Part shown: positions 12,640 to 25,787 of the stretch, piece by piece
How the letters are laid out: every line of letters starts with the position of its first letter
How positions within the stretch are numbered: the stretch's first letter is position 1
Source: Phoronis australis
Taxonomy: Eukaryota > Animalia > Phoronida
DNA: 64,000 nt
Reading direction: 5' to 3'
Assembly: GCA_002633005.1 (NCBI GenBank)
Contig: NMRA01000287.1
Location: 1 to 64,000 of the forward strand
Made by a program: the position numbers and the translations under genes
The notes under the pieces: generated by a model
What the model was told of the DNA's origin: nothing
The model's database searches: none
Seen by the model: the letters and a program-made list of their open reading frames with translations, nothing else

Positions 12640-13163
12640 GTGAAATGAGGCGGACGCAAGCAAGACGTCCTGTTTTCGTTATTGCTCTCGTCAACGTAAA
12701 GAAGGTACGGAGTACATATCACCAATGCCAAGATGGTAATGGTTAAAGCTACGGCGACCGCTTTTCTTACGGTGAACACGGATCTTGCTCTTAATGGGAT
12801 GATCACAACGATTAGGCGCTCTGACGTCATAACAACAAGTGTCCAAGCAGATGCATATGACAAAGCATATTTGAAAAAGTCAAGTAAAGCACAAGACATA
12901 TTTGTCGAGATTAGTGGGAGGAACGAATACTGTAGTGTAGCAGTAAGAACGTAAAACATATCAAATAAAGAGACGATGGACAAATAAAACGAAGTTGAAT
13001 GAGTCTTTGATGAACTTTTCAATGCCACAACAGTTAAAGTATTTCCAATAATTGCCAACAAAACTAAAGCGAACTGAGTTATTTTTGTGAACTCTGATAC
13101 AGCCACCACCTCATCCGTAACACTTCCATTAACTGACGTAAGCGGATCATCTTGGTAAAGCAT
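12640..13163 (-). CDS. Class A GPCR subfamily 1, divergent paralog, N-terminal half (TM1-ECL2); 3' part in assembly gap
   Basis: MLYQDDPL...IIGNTLTV...HSTSFYLSIVSLFD...SAWTLVVMTSERLIVVIIPLRARS...ENRTSCLRPPHF; open frame into the gap. Confidence 0.8.
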
Positions 13164-14531
13164 CTTTAAGCTTGAACTTGAACTTCTTTCCCCAAGCGAT
13201 TATTGTACAGTATTCTACGCCTGAATATGTAGGTATACTTCACACGAAACATTTCTCCTACTAATCAAAGGAATTAGACTCAGCACTAAGTACGAACTTC
13301 GCAATAAATGTCAAGTGAAGCGGACAGTGGACCAAAGTAAACATTCGTTTAACTAAGGATGTGAATGTACACCAACTTAATGGAATAATGACAGAAAGAA
13401 CTTTGGGAGCAATTTGTTCAATATGCGTAATTCGACACTGTTGTCTTATGGGGAACTAAAACCTGCGCGTAATATAATGTTCTTCTGTAGAGCGCAAACG
13501 CAATCAATGATCTGCCAATTTCGTGCGCGTGTGACCTTGGTTGCAGTATGGAGGGGGGGGGTTCATTTTTTGGCACCTCAGTTTTCCCATAGACGTAACA
13601 AGGTAAAAAGAAATAGCTTTTTTAAACTTCCACGTCCTTGAGAAACCGCACTATAACAAAAGTAACACTTGGAANTGGTCAAGATATGCCGCATGTAATA
13701 GTGTTTGGAAATGACGCAGACCATGGTAGTGTGAAAATATTTGTTTTAATGAGCCACAAAGCCTAGAAGATATCAATCGTTTGCCCGGATTTTGCAGAGA
13801 CTGATAGAAAGTAAATCGGAGAAGCATAAAACTTTTGACAACATATTCGCGTTTCAAAAAATTTTCAGAGAATACCCATGCATCTTATGGAACGGATGTA
13901 AACCACAACTTAGCTTTCAATTATAGGTAATGTTTCAAAAATACAACCTGAGTCATTGCTAATAATTCGCTTAAATTTGATTCATTTCTCAACTTAAGAG
14001 AGGAGGCCATAACAAATTATAACCGTTAATCAAAATTCCTTGGGCGACGATACTAAGATTTAAATATGTAAAAACAAGTTAACTAAAACAGTGTGATAGA
14101 ATTACTGCGCACGAGATTAATAGCATAGCAGATATTGACCAGGAGGTAGCGCTAGTAAACCAAAAGCGCCATCTACGAGGATTCTTGTACTATCTGCGTC
14201 CTTTAGCTCACATATACCCCAGTTATCTTAAACACGCATTTCCAGTAGAATTTAGTAAGCTAAAGTTTTTCCGTATCGAATATCATGTGCAGACACATAC
14301 AATCCTGACAATACAACATACAACTCTGGTGACATACAATGTTCTGTCCCATCAACATTTTGGTAAACCATTTTGGTGTTTAATGATTATATCACAAGTT
14401 TTATAGAACACACGAGCCCCCTTAAATGCAGCTTCATATGAACAATTAAACTTTAGGACTGTGCGCATCTATTGAGGGCCGGAAACGGAAATTTTGACTG
14501 GCAAAGAAGTTCAGACAACATCTCAACAGTA

Positions 14532-15489
14532 CTACACTGTTCCTAACGACGATTCCCATTGACGTAATTGCCGTCTTCAAATAGCACGGGATATAATTTT
14601 GACAAAATCCCGTCGAAAACGTGAACTTCCGAGGCAAAATAGAAAACAGTTGATGCTATAATTGATAACAGATGAGCCACTGGGATGATTGGGTGAGCCT
14701 TACTCTTAAACGTGTATAGAAGCCGCATAAAAGAGCAATCGCGTATGGAAGATATAACGTCGTAAACGTGACGAACGCTAGCAGTAATATAACCGTTAGA
14801 TGGCGCTGTGTTTTCAATGATCGTGAAGTTGCTTCCTGCCCGACTGTCAGCGATAACCGCCGTCTGGTATTTACTAGTGTTAGTAATATGATACTGGCGT
14901 TCACGAGAACCAAAGTACCGAGTGGGATGAAACAACGCAGGAAAGCTTCCGCGGTATTGCAGGTCTTCGCCACCGCAGCTGGTGAAGCGGAGTACGCGGG
15001 ATAATAGCAGTGGGTTCTGTTTTCGGGACTGGTGTCTTTGATGTAGAGTACGTACGGTGTGACAAACGACAAGACGCTTATAGTCGAGATTATCGCTTTC
15101 CTAACGGTAAACCATGATCTTGCTCTTAAATGCATCTCTCGACGTCATAACAAGCAGTGCTCAAACAGAAGCATACGAAAAAGCAAATGAAAAGAAATTC
15201 AACAAGAGCACAGTCAAGAAAGATTTGTCCAATGAAACGCAAAGAGTGTATGGTCCACTATAGTTGCTAGAACCCAGAACACATCCATTACACAAATGGA
15301 GGAGAGATAAAACGAAGTGGAATGAGTCTTTGATGTCTTTTTCAATATTATAACCGCTAAAATGTTTCCAATAACACCCAACAGAACTACAAGAAATTGA
15401 ACATAATACACAACATATACGTATGCATCTGTTGCGCTTGTGTTCACTTCACTAGAGTTGCTCATTTTGTCGTCGCTATACATAAGCAT
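14532..15489 (-). pseudogene. Frameshifted GPCR pseudogene, subfamily 1
   Basis: Homologous to 6676..7671 along its length but split into ORFs 15214..15489 and 14656..15135 by indels. The TM3 ERF region is deleted and TM7 is frameshifted. Confidence 0.88.
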
Positions 15490-17082
15490 ATTCCTGTTTC
15501 AAACTACGCCTAACCAAAACGTGCAAAACCGGCGGTGGTTGTGACGTTTGTGGCTATATCACCAGAAAATGTCTATTTTTCATTAATTTGCCTGTTTATC
15601 TTCCTTTAATCTACTTTTGAAAACAAAGCACCTACACTATAATTTCAAATGAATCGGACGGAAGCGCAAAGTAAACACTTTGAAGACACAAATGTTGCGT
15701 AGATCAATCTTCCATAAGGGACGCTGTTCTGTTGAATTTTGAAAACTGAAATTGCGCTTACTGCACGTGGAACCGTGTGCAGGTTTCCTGTTTAATTTTC
15801 AATTCAAATATGAACTTTGAAAGATGGAATATTGACTCAAAATTCGAGATCCTAGTTTCAACCTGAAACTGAGAAAATGAATGTTGATTCCGTATTTGCA
15901 TTTTCGAATTGAAATTAAAATATGGAATATGGATCTGTCAATATTCCATTTTTCAATTTTGTAATAGGGCCAGCACCGACGCGTCACAACCTATCACCGT
16001 GCTGCTGATCACCATCACCATCCGCAGCAGCAGCGGCGGCGGCGGCGGTAGAGGCGGCGGTGGCAGCAGCAGCTCATGCTACTACCAATGATACTATTAC
16101 CGCTAAGACAAATATCTAAAGAATATATATTCGATGATTAATAGCATTTGGACAACCTATACGTTGGAGCTAATAAACTGATTGGCAAGTTGTGACACTT
16201 TTTGTCTTTGCAGGGGTGTGAAACGCTCTCCAACAGTTGCGGATATGTCAGTCAGTCGAAGACGCCATGCTTGCAAATTCCATTGTTTTGAAACGATCAA
16301 TTGGACGAGTCTTGTTTTGACGAGAGTATTCTGCACTGCTTTGAGTTTCGCCTTTCGACAGCACACGTTTAAAATATCTAGAAATGATTTTTTATAGAAA
16401 GAGTGAGTTAATTACCTACATTTAAGTCCTAGTTCGGCCACGGGACGCTCTTCATTTTATCGCGTTTGCTTCATGTTTCCGTTTGGCCCCGACAGGACGT
16501 CGAATAACTTAGCATTTTCGTAAGAGCTGTGACGATTTTCTCAGTTTGTGGGTAACAGTTTGAAAGTAAGGTGTGTTTTTGTCAATTTACTGTCTTTAAA
16601 TGTTTAGCTTACAATTAGCAAATACATTGTGTTTGTAATGGAAGCCTTTGATACTATTCGACTGAACTATGACCTGTATACGGGAAACTAGGTCACGTGG
16701 CGAAATCGCTGACTTTGACTGGTATATGTGTGGACGCTAGTGCTTAAAGGCGAAGGCAACCTTTTTCCATGTCATTTTGAGCTAAAATAAGGTTGGTTGG
16801 TTATCCTAGACATATTTTCCACTTAATTACAGCATTTCGTAATTTTATTAATTACTCGTCCGCTACTCCGGAAGTGAAGTTTTAGGAGGCAAGCGTTTCC
16901 CGCCACTTGGTTTTGCGTTGACTTTACCGTGCGAATCTGTTCTATTCTACTTTTTGTTTTGTGCTGTTTTTCAACAATTGTCGCCACCACTTTCCATCGG
17001 CGAGCATTCTGCGGCAAGATACGTTAGTGGAGAACTCAACTACGTTGGATTTAGAGATTGTTTAGTGTGTTGTAAGCTGAAA

Positions 17083-17463
17083 ATGGCTGGAGTCGGTGAC
17101 CCGTATCACAGTGACAGTAGTGTGAGTGACGGAGACCTTGTTCACAGCAGTAGTGACGGACATTCAGTGGGTGGGTACATGTTTGAGCCCGAGTATAACG
17201 AGGCAGAGTACGCACAGGCACAGGCAGCTGTTGAGAGCAACGAGGCGGCTACTGAGGACAGACGTGGTGACACATCTTGGTGCAAATGCACTGTGTGCGT
17301 TGTTATGCCTACCTCAATGGAATGCTTGTGCTGTTCAGAGTTCTACGAGGCCAAGCCACTACTGGACATGTTTAAGTGGACCTCCGGCATACCACGGATA
17401 GAGGAACAACTGTCCCACTTGCCAGAGTCTCCCGCGACACACTCCCACTGGATGGTGACCTGA
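17083..17463 (+). pseudogene. Truncated KolX / P2X7 C-terminal (ballast)-like Cys-rich protein of the Kolobok element
   Basis: MAGVGDP...GGYMFEPEY...WCKCTVCVVMPTSMECLCCSE: YxFEP plus WCxCxxCxxM(x4)ECxCCxE zinc-cluster motif. Homology appears to end ~17372. Confidence 0.72.
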
Positions 17464-18151
17464 GCACCCAAACTGCTGACATCGTGTCGTGTGACTCCCT
17501 CGCCACACACCTGTCACCTTCTAAATAGACAAGTCCACAATGAACTTATCACAGTTTGGCTCACCGATCTGTTCATTGAACGACAAACTGTCCTCTCCAC
17601 TGGGTGTCGAACTGGTCCTGTAATCACGTACTCCCACTACTCAATATCGCTGCAGGGCTGCTTAGAGGCCCTGGGCTGGAGAAAACAGCACAGGGCGAAT
17701 CACTACTGGTTACAGGAATTGCACGCTCTGGGGTACGTTCGGAGGCATGGGTGACAGTAGATGAAGTGCCTCCACTGGCTCCAGTCACTGTACTGGCCAC
17801 AGCTCGCAAGGCTTCTCGCTTCAAAAACGCACTTCTCGGGGGTAGCGACGGGGCACTGCCGGGAATCAACACAGACGGAATGGCATCCTTCTTCAGGCGT
17901 TGTTTCGCAGGGACCTTCACCAGTTCAGCGTACAAATCCCTTTCGTAATCGGACAGCAGAAAGTGCTTGCCACACACTCGGTAATTCTCCACTGCTTTGT
18001 ACGTTGCGTGGACGGGTAACGCTGCGTTCTTCACACGAACGAGCCAACTACGGCGAAGTGTGTCATCCATCGGAAAGCGATGCAAAGGTACTCCCAAAGC
18101 GCGCGTGAGCCGCTAATTAGTACATTCCGGTACCCAGCAACAGTGTGGCAT
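17372..18151 (-). pseudogene. 5' part of THAP-domain Kolobok transposase, inactivated
   Basis: ATG at 18151: MPHCCWVPECTN*RLTRALGVPLHRFPMDDTLRRSW...RVCGKHF...LKKDAIPSV (C2CH THAP plus AVPT-like box, in-frame TAG at codon 13). Downstream DKFIVDL...GAQVTIQWECVAGDSGKWDS..IRGMP resembles the Kolobok pre-catalytic Zn-finger region. Confidence 0.78.
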
Positions 18152-19104
18152 GTTGACTGACTAGTAAATGAAAGCAGACGACGACGGAACTTAACACAAC
18201 CGAAGTAGAACAATGATTGACTCGGCAGCTCTCTCAGTCAGACTATATAAAAAGAAATTGGCGCGAAATGCTTGTCTCCTAAAACGTCACTTCCGCAGTA
18301 GCGGAGGAGTAATTAATAAAACTACGAAAAGCTGTAGTTAAGTGGCAAATATGTCTAGGATAACCAACCAACCTTATTTTAGCTCAAAATGACATAGAAA
18401 AAGGTTGCCTTCGCCTTTAACTACGAATATGCAACGTGAGGTAAAGAAATATCGAGAGTAGCTGTTGCAGGTGTGCTATTTGTTGTTACATAAACAAAAA
18501 CCTCTTTTTGTCACTACCCAAAGGCTACACAGAATAACTTACCCAACTTACATGAGACCATAGGCTATTGATATTGACTGCCAACTCCCGTCGGAGCGCG
18601 TTGAGCATGTTGCGGACCAAGGTGCATGAGCACTGACGATAAGAGGGCGCTGCACACGCAGGATAGAAAACTTCCGGTTTTACGGAGCGGCCATTCACTC
18701 AATTCAAGATTTGGTTAAGCAAATAGTCAAACTGCTCAATTTTTGAAGTGTTTAAGACTTGTAAAAATAAAATGCGTATATTGTTCTCCGTCATGTCATT
18801 TAAAAACGTTCACAAGATAATTCAGCCATGTTATGAGTAACTAGCGCCAGAAACTTCTTCAGCTGATCGTCCAGTGTTTGCATGTTCATACGCATCAGCT
18901 GATTGTTTTATGCAAGTAGCATTAGTGTTTGTTTAAATTCAGTACCGTACGAATCAACTCATAAAAATAAGCACAAGTATTAACCAATAAAAATAAATTA
19001 GTAGCAATGTTTAACAATACATATTTGTGTGATTAGGCAGCTTTGTTCCAGGGGGAAGGGCCAAAGGGCAGTGAGATATCATTAGCAAAACCTGAGTCAT
19101 TGCC

Positions 19105-19235
19105 GGCGCACCACAGGGGACTGGAGGGTATAGCCCTACTTTTTTGAGTGCTGCGCCGTCCATTTTCTATGGGCGGTGCACAACAAAGGGCTGGGGGGCC
19201 TATAGCCCCACTTTTTCAGTGCTGCGTCGCCCATG
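19105..19235. repeat. Short interspersed GC-rich MITE-like repeat; copies at ~35121-35265 and ~35636-35870
   Basis: GGCGCACCACAGGGG..TATAGCCC..TTTTTCAGTGCTGCG..CCATG units shared among the three sites. Confidence 0.55.
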
Positions 19236-22200
19236 TGAGTGTCAAAATTTGCTGTCACTATTGCAATAGGCCAATAGTACATTGTAACGCAACTTCTAAA
19301 CATAGTTATGATTATGCAAAATTGGTTCAATGCGAACTTTGTTAGCAACTGACCAAGAGACATGATTAAACGTCACTCGGTATTTCTAAAAATAATTGTT
19401 TAATTCTCAAGTGGTAATAAAATGAGGCAGTAATACCACCACTGAGCTGAAGCTAGTAAACAGCAGGTGTGAAATACTGCAAAGATTGAAAAATGGAGGA
19501 GGAGGCGTAACAGGACTGTCGTGCTAACAAATGCAGCGTGACCCTGTTTGTCATTCATTTAAAACAAATGCAGCGTGACCCTGTTTGCCATTCATTTAAA
19601 ACAGGTTCCTCGAATGCTTCCAAAAGGGACTTCAATACTTTCAATCGCAACACATTGTGCTTTACATACCGAATTGACCATGTTCTCCAGTTTCTTGAAG
19701 AGTGATACTTGTGATTATGAAGGTAGGCATGCTCATTAAGACTTAATGTTCATTTCTCTCTTTCAGGGTCTGAACATGCACTTAATGTAAAGGATAGGTT
19801 GTAAATATCACAAGTAGAATAACTGTAAAGTAATATGGAACTAAGCGCTTTATCTGCAGTGTGATTTTGTGAAAATGAGCTCTGACCCCAGGTTGTTTAA
19901 AAAAATCAGCTAATTTTCAGTATCACACTGAACGTGAATATTCACTTGCCACTATAGAATCAGTTCCAATATTGAGTACCGGAAAGATAACCTGCGATTG
20001 AACTGAAGAAGTCAAAATTAGGAAAGGTCTTTTGACTTCTTCAGTTAAAACTGTTATTTTCTTTAGGGTTTTGTGACTGAAGTGTTGGACGCCAGCAGAT
20101 ATTCAATGTCCGCAAGAAAATTTGTATACTACATTTTTTTAAAATACGTTTTTTGGACTTTATACACAGTGAAGGGAATGCAGTTTTAAGTGTTATAACT
20201 TTGCCTGCATAAGAAAAACAGTTATATAATAACAAGAAGTAAGACCACCAACTCAAACAAAATACCACAAAATTTGAAATCAGAGAACACGAGAGGGAAA
20301 GACTAGAATACTTAAATTTTCCTCAGGTATTGATAGGTGTTCTGTGAGCCATATTTTTAGTGGTTATCAGATATTTTACATGTACTCTGATTGAAATTTT
20401 ATGCTGGCAATGTGGTGGAGATCCAGGAAAGAAATTACCTCCTGGACATCTGTCTTGGCTATTTTCTACGTGAGACACACAGTTGCTCATGTGTAAGAAA
20501 GAATAACGATGCACTGTTTGTTACCTTTGACCATAAAGCATCCATTTCTGTTAAAGCGTAATAGTTTGTCAGAGTGAAATTTACCCTTGTTACCAACCGA
20601 CTTTGTTTTCGAAACGACACCAAATCCCGTGATGACAAGACATTTTTTATTTTCCCAGTTCCCATGAGTAAGTAACAGGGGTCTGGGATTCCCCTGCCTT
20701 ACTTTACAATCATTAAGGGAAAACTGGAAACACAAATATACTGTGGAATTGATTTTACAATGACAAACAGGAAAAAACAACAATATTACATAAAGTGATG
20801 TATACATTTCTGAAAAAGGAATACAAAACCATCCTTTGCATACCATTTTTTCCAAAATAGAGTTTCTCAACCAATCTTTATATTGTAGAATTTTCTCTTC
20901 ATCTATCTTACTTGAGAATTCATACTGGAAAGCCTATAGCTTGAGCATCAGAATATTGCACTTACAAAATTTCCACATTTAAAGCAACCCAATGTTTAAC
21001 AAGCCAGGGCAATTTCATCAATGGTTTGCACTGTTTTGCAAGAGGAAAAACTTTGACAAGGCAGCAAACTTAACATTGTCTCATACTTATACTTAAAAAA
21101 AACAAAATTTGCACCCAAGGTGGAAAGCAGAATATTTTAGCAAACAGTTTGATATAAATATCGTTAAAATCCGTTCAATTACGGCCATATAGCAGCTGGA
21201 AGTTTATCCCCAAACTTTAATTCACCAGAATTTAGTGAAGGGACTACTTCGATTTTTAAAAATATGTAATTAGGCCCCAATTTGTTGCAATGGATATCAA
21301 TAGAAAGAAAGAAGTTTAAATATTTTGTTGGCATATTTTTTCATATTCCACCACTTTGAACGCTAATAGATATGAGCTTGTGACAATAACGGAAAATGGC
21401 AAAATTTCTCTCTTGCTGAACTTTGGACATTTTGGTTTGCTATGTTTTGTAGACGTAAGGTTTAGGTAACACTGCTGAACCCTTGAGCCAGGTTTCTAGC
21501 TCCTCAGCTCGGTCTTAACCATATATTAATAAAGCATAAAATTAGTTCCAGGTGATTAGTGCAATGGGCCCACGTGCGAGGCCTGCGCACGTCTGGTACA
21601 AAGTGTATCAGATCGCCTGCAATTGTTTTTTTTTATTGTAAACGTAGTTACAGATGATAATCTACTACATTTAGATCGACCCAAATTCATACAAAATCAC
21701 AAAATTCAGACTAAATTTTCCCATAAAAGACTGTGAATTCAACCAGATGAAAAGATTCATCCAATTAATTCAACCGTTTCTTTGGGCCAAAAGTCTCGAT
21801 TATATTCTTGTGTTGAACTGTCGCAGTATTCGGACCGATCAACAACAACTTGTCAAGTTAGTTCCGGCGCGTTTCGTAGCAAAAATCCGACTTGTATGGC
21901 TGGCATACGCGATTTAGTTCGTATAAACCACAGCAAGCTAATTTTCAAACTAAAAAAATTGCTCTAAATGCGCGAAATGAAAACGAAAATTTATTTCCTT
22001 TTCTACATAAACCAAGGCACCGGAAGTTAGGAATCCTCCTCACGTAGTTCGCGTTAGGCCGCGAGATATGACGGAGTCGCTAATCTCTTAACGAAATGGC
22101 TGTGAGTAAAACATATTTTACGAGAACTTTAATTTTATGATAATATGATACACCAAGAGTGGCGTTCAATAGTGACATCGGCTACCAGGCAACAATTTCT

Positions 22201-22512
22201 AATTCGCTAAAGGGCAATGTAAATACCGTAGACATTGATTTTACCGTCCTCGTGGACTACGTATAATTTACACAATTATGTATTATTGACTAAACAAACT
22301 CTCAGCAATTAAATTGAAAAGTAACCGTATTTTTTCGCCATTAATAGTATGAGAAAGAGAAAACATTTATAAAAAACGAGAAACAACCAGAATGAATGTT
22401 TTTATTATGGCGAAGTCATAAAGTTGTTTGAGGTATTTCAACAAGAGTGAGGATGACCGCTCACATCCACTAATGAAAACAAGCTCAGAAATTAACTGCA
22501 GACCTAATCTAA

Positions 22513-25480
22513 CATGGCGGCTTCCTTAGGAGAAGCTGTCAATGAATGCTGCATACATTTTCAAGCAATAAGTTCATCTGTTGAGTTTCCCGAGACTTAC
22601 ATGGGTAAAAAGCATTGACTGTGTAAAAGAATGACTTTCCCTTGGAGATGAAGACCGTAATGAGCACAATGTGTGTCACCAGTTGGCATTTGCATCAAGT
22701 AACTTCACGGGATTGGCGTGGGCTCCAGGCAGTATCACAAATCATGTTATAAAAGCTTACTGACGTAACGAAGATTGAAAGAGCAAAGAGGAAATATTGC
22801 GAAACTACAAATTATACCGAGAACAAAACCCCCTGATTACGACCAAGACGATGGTGAGTGTTAATTTTTTTCTAGGAGTATGATAAATTGACGCAAGTCA
22901 CTGAGTCAGTGACAGTACCTCAATGAGAAACAGGTCACTTCCAACCCAAGACTTGGGCCAAGTCAACTCGTACCCAAGTCGAATTTCAAAAGTATCTCAA
23001 AACTATTTAACTTGGCAAAGCAGTGATTAAAATCATTCAGTCATGACATATTTATGCAAAACGACTCAATATTACCCATTATTTAGTGAATGAAAATGAA
23101 AATTTATTAGTTATGTTTTTAGCATGGGTGCGGATTGACTTAGGTGCGAGTTGGCTAAGGTACGAACTGACTGGAAAGCCCTCATATGCACAACTGGTAA
23201 CAAGATAGTGTTCCCTGGATTCGGTGTCTGGCTTGCTAGTGTTTTAATCGAGCATCCAGGTAATTCATTGAATAATAGGCCCGTGTGATGCCATGCAGAT
23301 AGGACACATAATCTAATGGTGAACATTTTCTTCTGTGTACATTGTTCTTTTCTCAGTAACCATAACTCTGGTGTAAGATGTCTATCAAAATTATACTATG
23401 TGTAATGTCCAGGGGTGGGGAGAGCTAATCTCCATACTTGAAGCTCAGCTCAAATATTGGCCAATTGCATGCCAAAATTCGAGAAAATTCACTTGAACTG
23501 TGCAGTGTGGATGGTTAGGCTTTGAGTCTGGGCCCAGGTGATTGCACATCAATGCAATTATTGACTAAAGAATGCATCTATATCTGGAGCATCACTTTTA
23601 AATTTTCAAGCTACTTTTACTCACAGGTTTTGGTAAAAGGCGCATATGTGCCTGAATTTCAGATGTAGGTGCAGCTTCACACGTATGGTCGAAGATTAAC
23701 GAAATATAGAGCAAATATTTTGAGAACTGTCATTTTTTTATTAAGTTTCTACTCATTCAACATAGTTTGCTAATGGTTTGCTTACAAATTAATTTTGTGC
23801 AGTGCTGTTGGAACACTTTCTTCAAATGATCCACTTTTATGTGTTATTTGAAATAACAAAATTTATTTGAGGGAAAGTACAAGAATACTAGCATGATTGT
23901 AAAGACTCGTGTGCACACATGAAATTGTGAGTTAATTTTCAAACAAAAATTGGTTTTCAAGACCATTTTGCATACACACCCACGGGCATCCTTTTCACTT
24001 TTGAGCACAGTCGGCTGGGCCTTGTCTTATTTTGAGTGTTTTCTCTCTGTCTTTTGGTCATTCTTTGTACTTCCATTCGGTTATTGTAATAAAGAATTAT
24101 CAATATCTATCGTTTTGTAGGCTAGGCTTACAATGCTTTCCATATTTTTGAACTCTAACAACGGTTTTTATTTTTAATTTGCTTGGTTGTAGGTGGGTTG
24201 TTTTTGGATGCTGCTAAGGCAGGAAATGTCGCGGACCTTTTGATCAGATTACAAGGACGAGATGTTGTAGAACTCGAAGCCAAATACCATCGTTCTTGCT
24301 ACAAAAGCTTCACAAGACCACTGACAAAACAGAAACCTGACGATAGTGAAAGAAGTGAAACTTTCACAGATGTATTTCGAGAGTTTTGCTTTGAAGTTGT
24401 GGAGCAACGAATAATCTCACATGGGGAAATATTGCATTTGACTGTGTTAAAGCCACTTCTCGAGGAAACTTTGTCCAAAAGAGGTTGTAATGTATGTGTC
24501 CGAACTGGAAATCTGAAATCGAAATAACAGGTAATTTACCCTATTCTACAGTTCCTTAGTCCAAAACGGAATCAGAGTGAATTGTTGTTAAACAAACATT
24601 TGTTCTTGTGTAAATGCTGGACTAAAATGCACTGAAATGTGCAACTGCCAAAACTGTGAGAATGTCAAAGTGAGTGATGAAATTGAGTCAGATGATGAGT
24701 AACGGTGTGATGGACTTGCATCCCAGCCGGAGGAACTTGGAAAGACATCTTCACAAGAGACAGAAACCGGGCTAGTAACTGGCCCAGTGAGACTGGCGAT
24801 TTGTGAAACATTTTTCTATTTCATAATTACTTCTATAGTAACGACATTTTATCATGTTAATTTCTCGGCCTTTTGTACTTCATCCGATTGCATTTGTAGT
24901 TATTCTATACTTTTGTCTCCATTTTTTGACAAATTGTATGCTTTGGACTTGTAGCAATGATTGTTTTTGTATGACAGATTAGTAAATATGTGATAAAATA
25001 AAGGTTAGACATAGTAAGTTTGATAATTATAGTTTAACCAACAGTAAAAACAGCATAAAACACTATGAATCATAGTTCCATACTTCTTCAACAGGTGGCA
25101 CCCATAAATTTATATTTCTTCCATAATTCTACTTGAAAAATATAACAAAGTATGAGTTTATTATGACTTAACACAGCCTGTAGGAATATTACCTGCAGTA
25201 TCATTCTTTATGGACACTTAATTTTCTTCTTTTCTAACTATTTTAATTCCATGTAGAATTTGCTGAATTGGCACAATTTTAACATCAAATTTCACAAAAA
25301 TGTGCACGTTTAAACGCCTGACCTTTTTGATTCATAAAGTACAATGATTTGTGACATCAAAAACACCTGAATTAAATTGCCCCCCTAAAGTGGTCACAGA
25401 AGTGGTTTTCTAGGCCTCCTGTGGCCTACCGCCCATGGCTTGTAATGCTTTCTCGCGCGTTCTGGGCTTAGGTAAAACTA
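22513..25480 (+). mobile_element. Degraded Academ-like DNA transposon (fragmented, probably spliced transposase); right terminus ...ACTA
   Basis: Fragments QYHKSCYKSLTDVTKIERAKRK (~22730-22795), GRDVVELEAKYHRSCYKSFT (ORF 24183..24527) and C-terminal Cys cluster CSCVNAGLKCTEMCNCQNCEN (~24600-24665). Ends CTGGGCTTAGGTAAAACTA. Superfamily assignment is from memory of Academ Cys8 finger and TAG..CTA ends. Confidence 0.55.
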
Positions 25481-25787
25481 CTCTATATTATATTCTTCGT
25501 AATTGATATTTAAATTTAAAACGATTTTTTAATTGCTATTCTTCCTAAGTATTCTATATTCAAGAGATATAGTAAAGTTCAGGCAAAATTAAACCTTTTG
25601 TTGTCATCCAATTGAACGTTCCATAGCGCTATCAACACACTTGGCAGTTACGTAGCGAAAAGTTAATTAGTAGTGTCTGGTTACTAGCTTTAATTGTCGA
25701 ACAACAGTTATTGTGTCGAAAGCAAAGCGCGAGTTTATCCACAGATCGCATTCGTTATTGCCAATATATGTTCAATCAGCTACAACT

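Larger units (their letters stand above)
16748..18416. mobile_element. Kolobok-type DNA transposon, internally deleted, both ends intact (~160-bp TIRs, TTAA TSD)
   Basis: TTAA(16744-47)|AGGCGAAGGCAACCTTTTTC...GAAAAAGGTTGCCTTCGCCT|TTAA(18417-20). TIR similarity extends ~160 bp. Contains convergent THAP-transposase and KolX-like ORFs. Confidence 0.88.

Noticed and set aside
11786-12694. Long ORFs of X residues
   Set aside because: Artefacts of the N gap.
25713-25787. N-terminal extensions of subfamily-2 GPCR ORFs (25713, 52479, 57673)
   Set aside because: The first two start at GTG and the third is in a frameshifted pseudogene. The ATG at 25788/52554/57784 gives an N-terminus comparable with subfamily 1.
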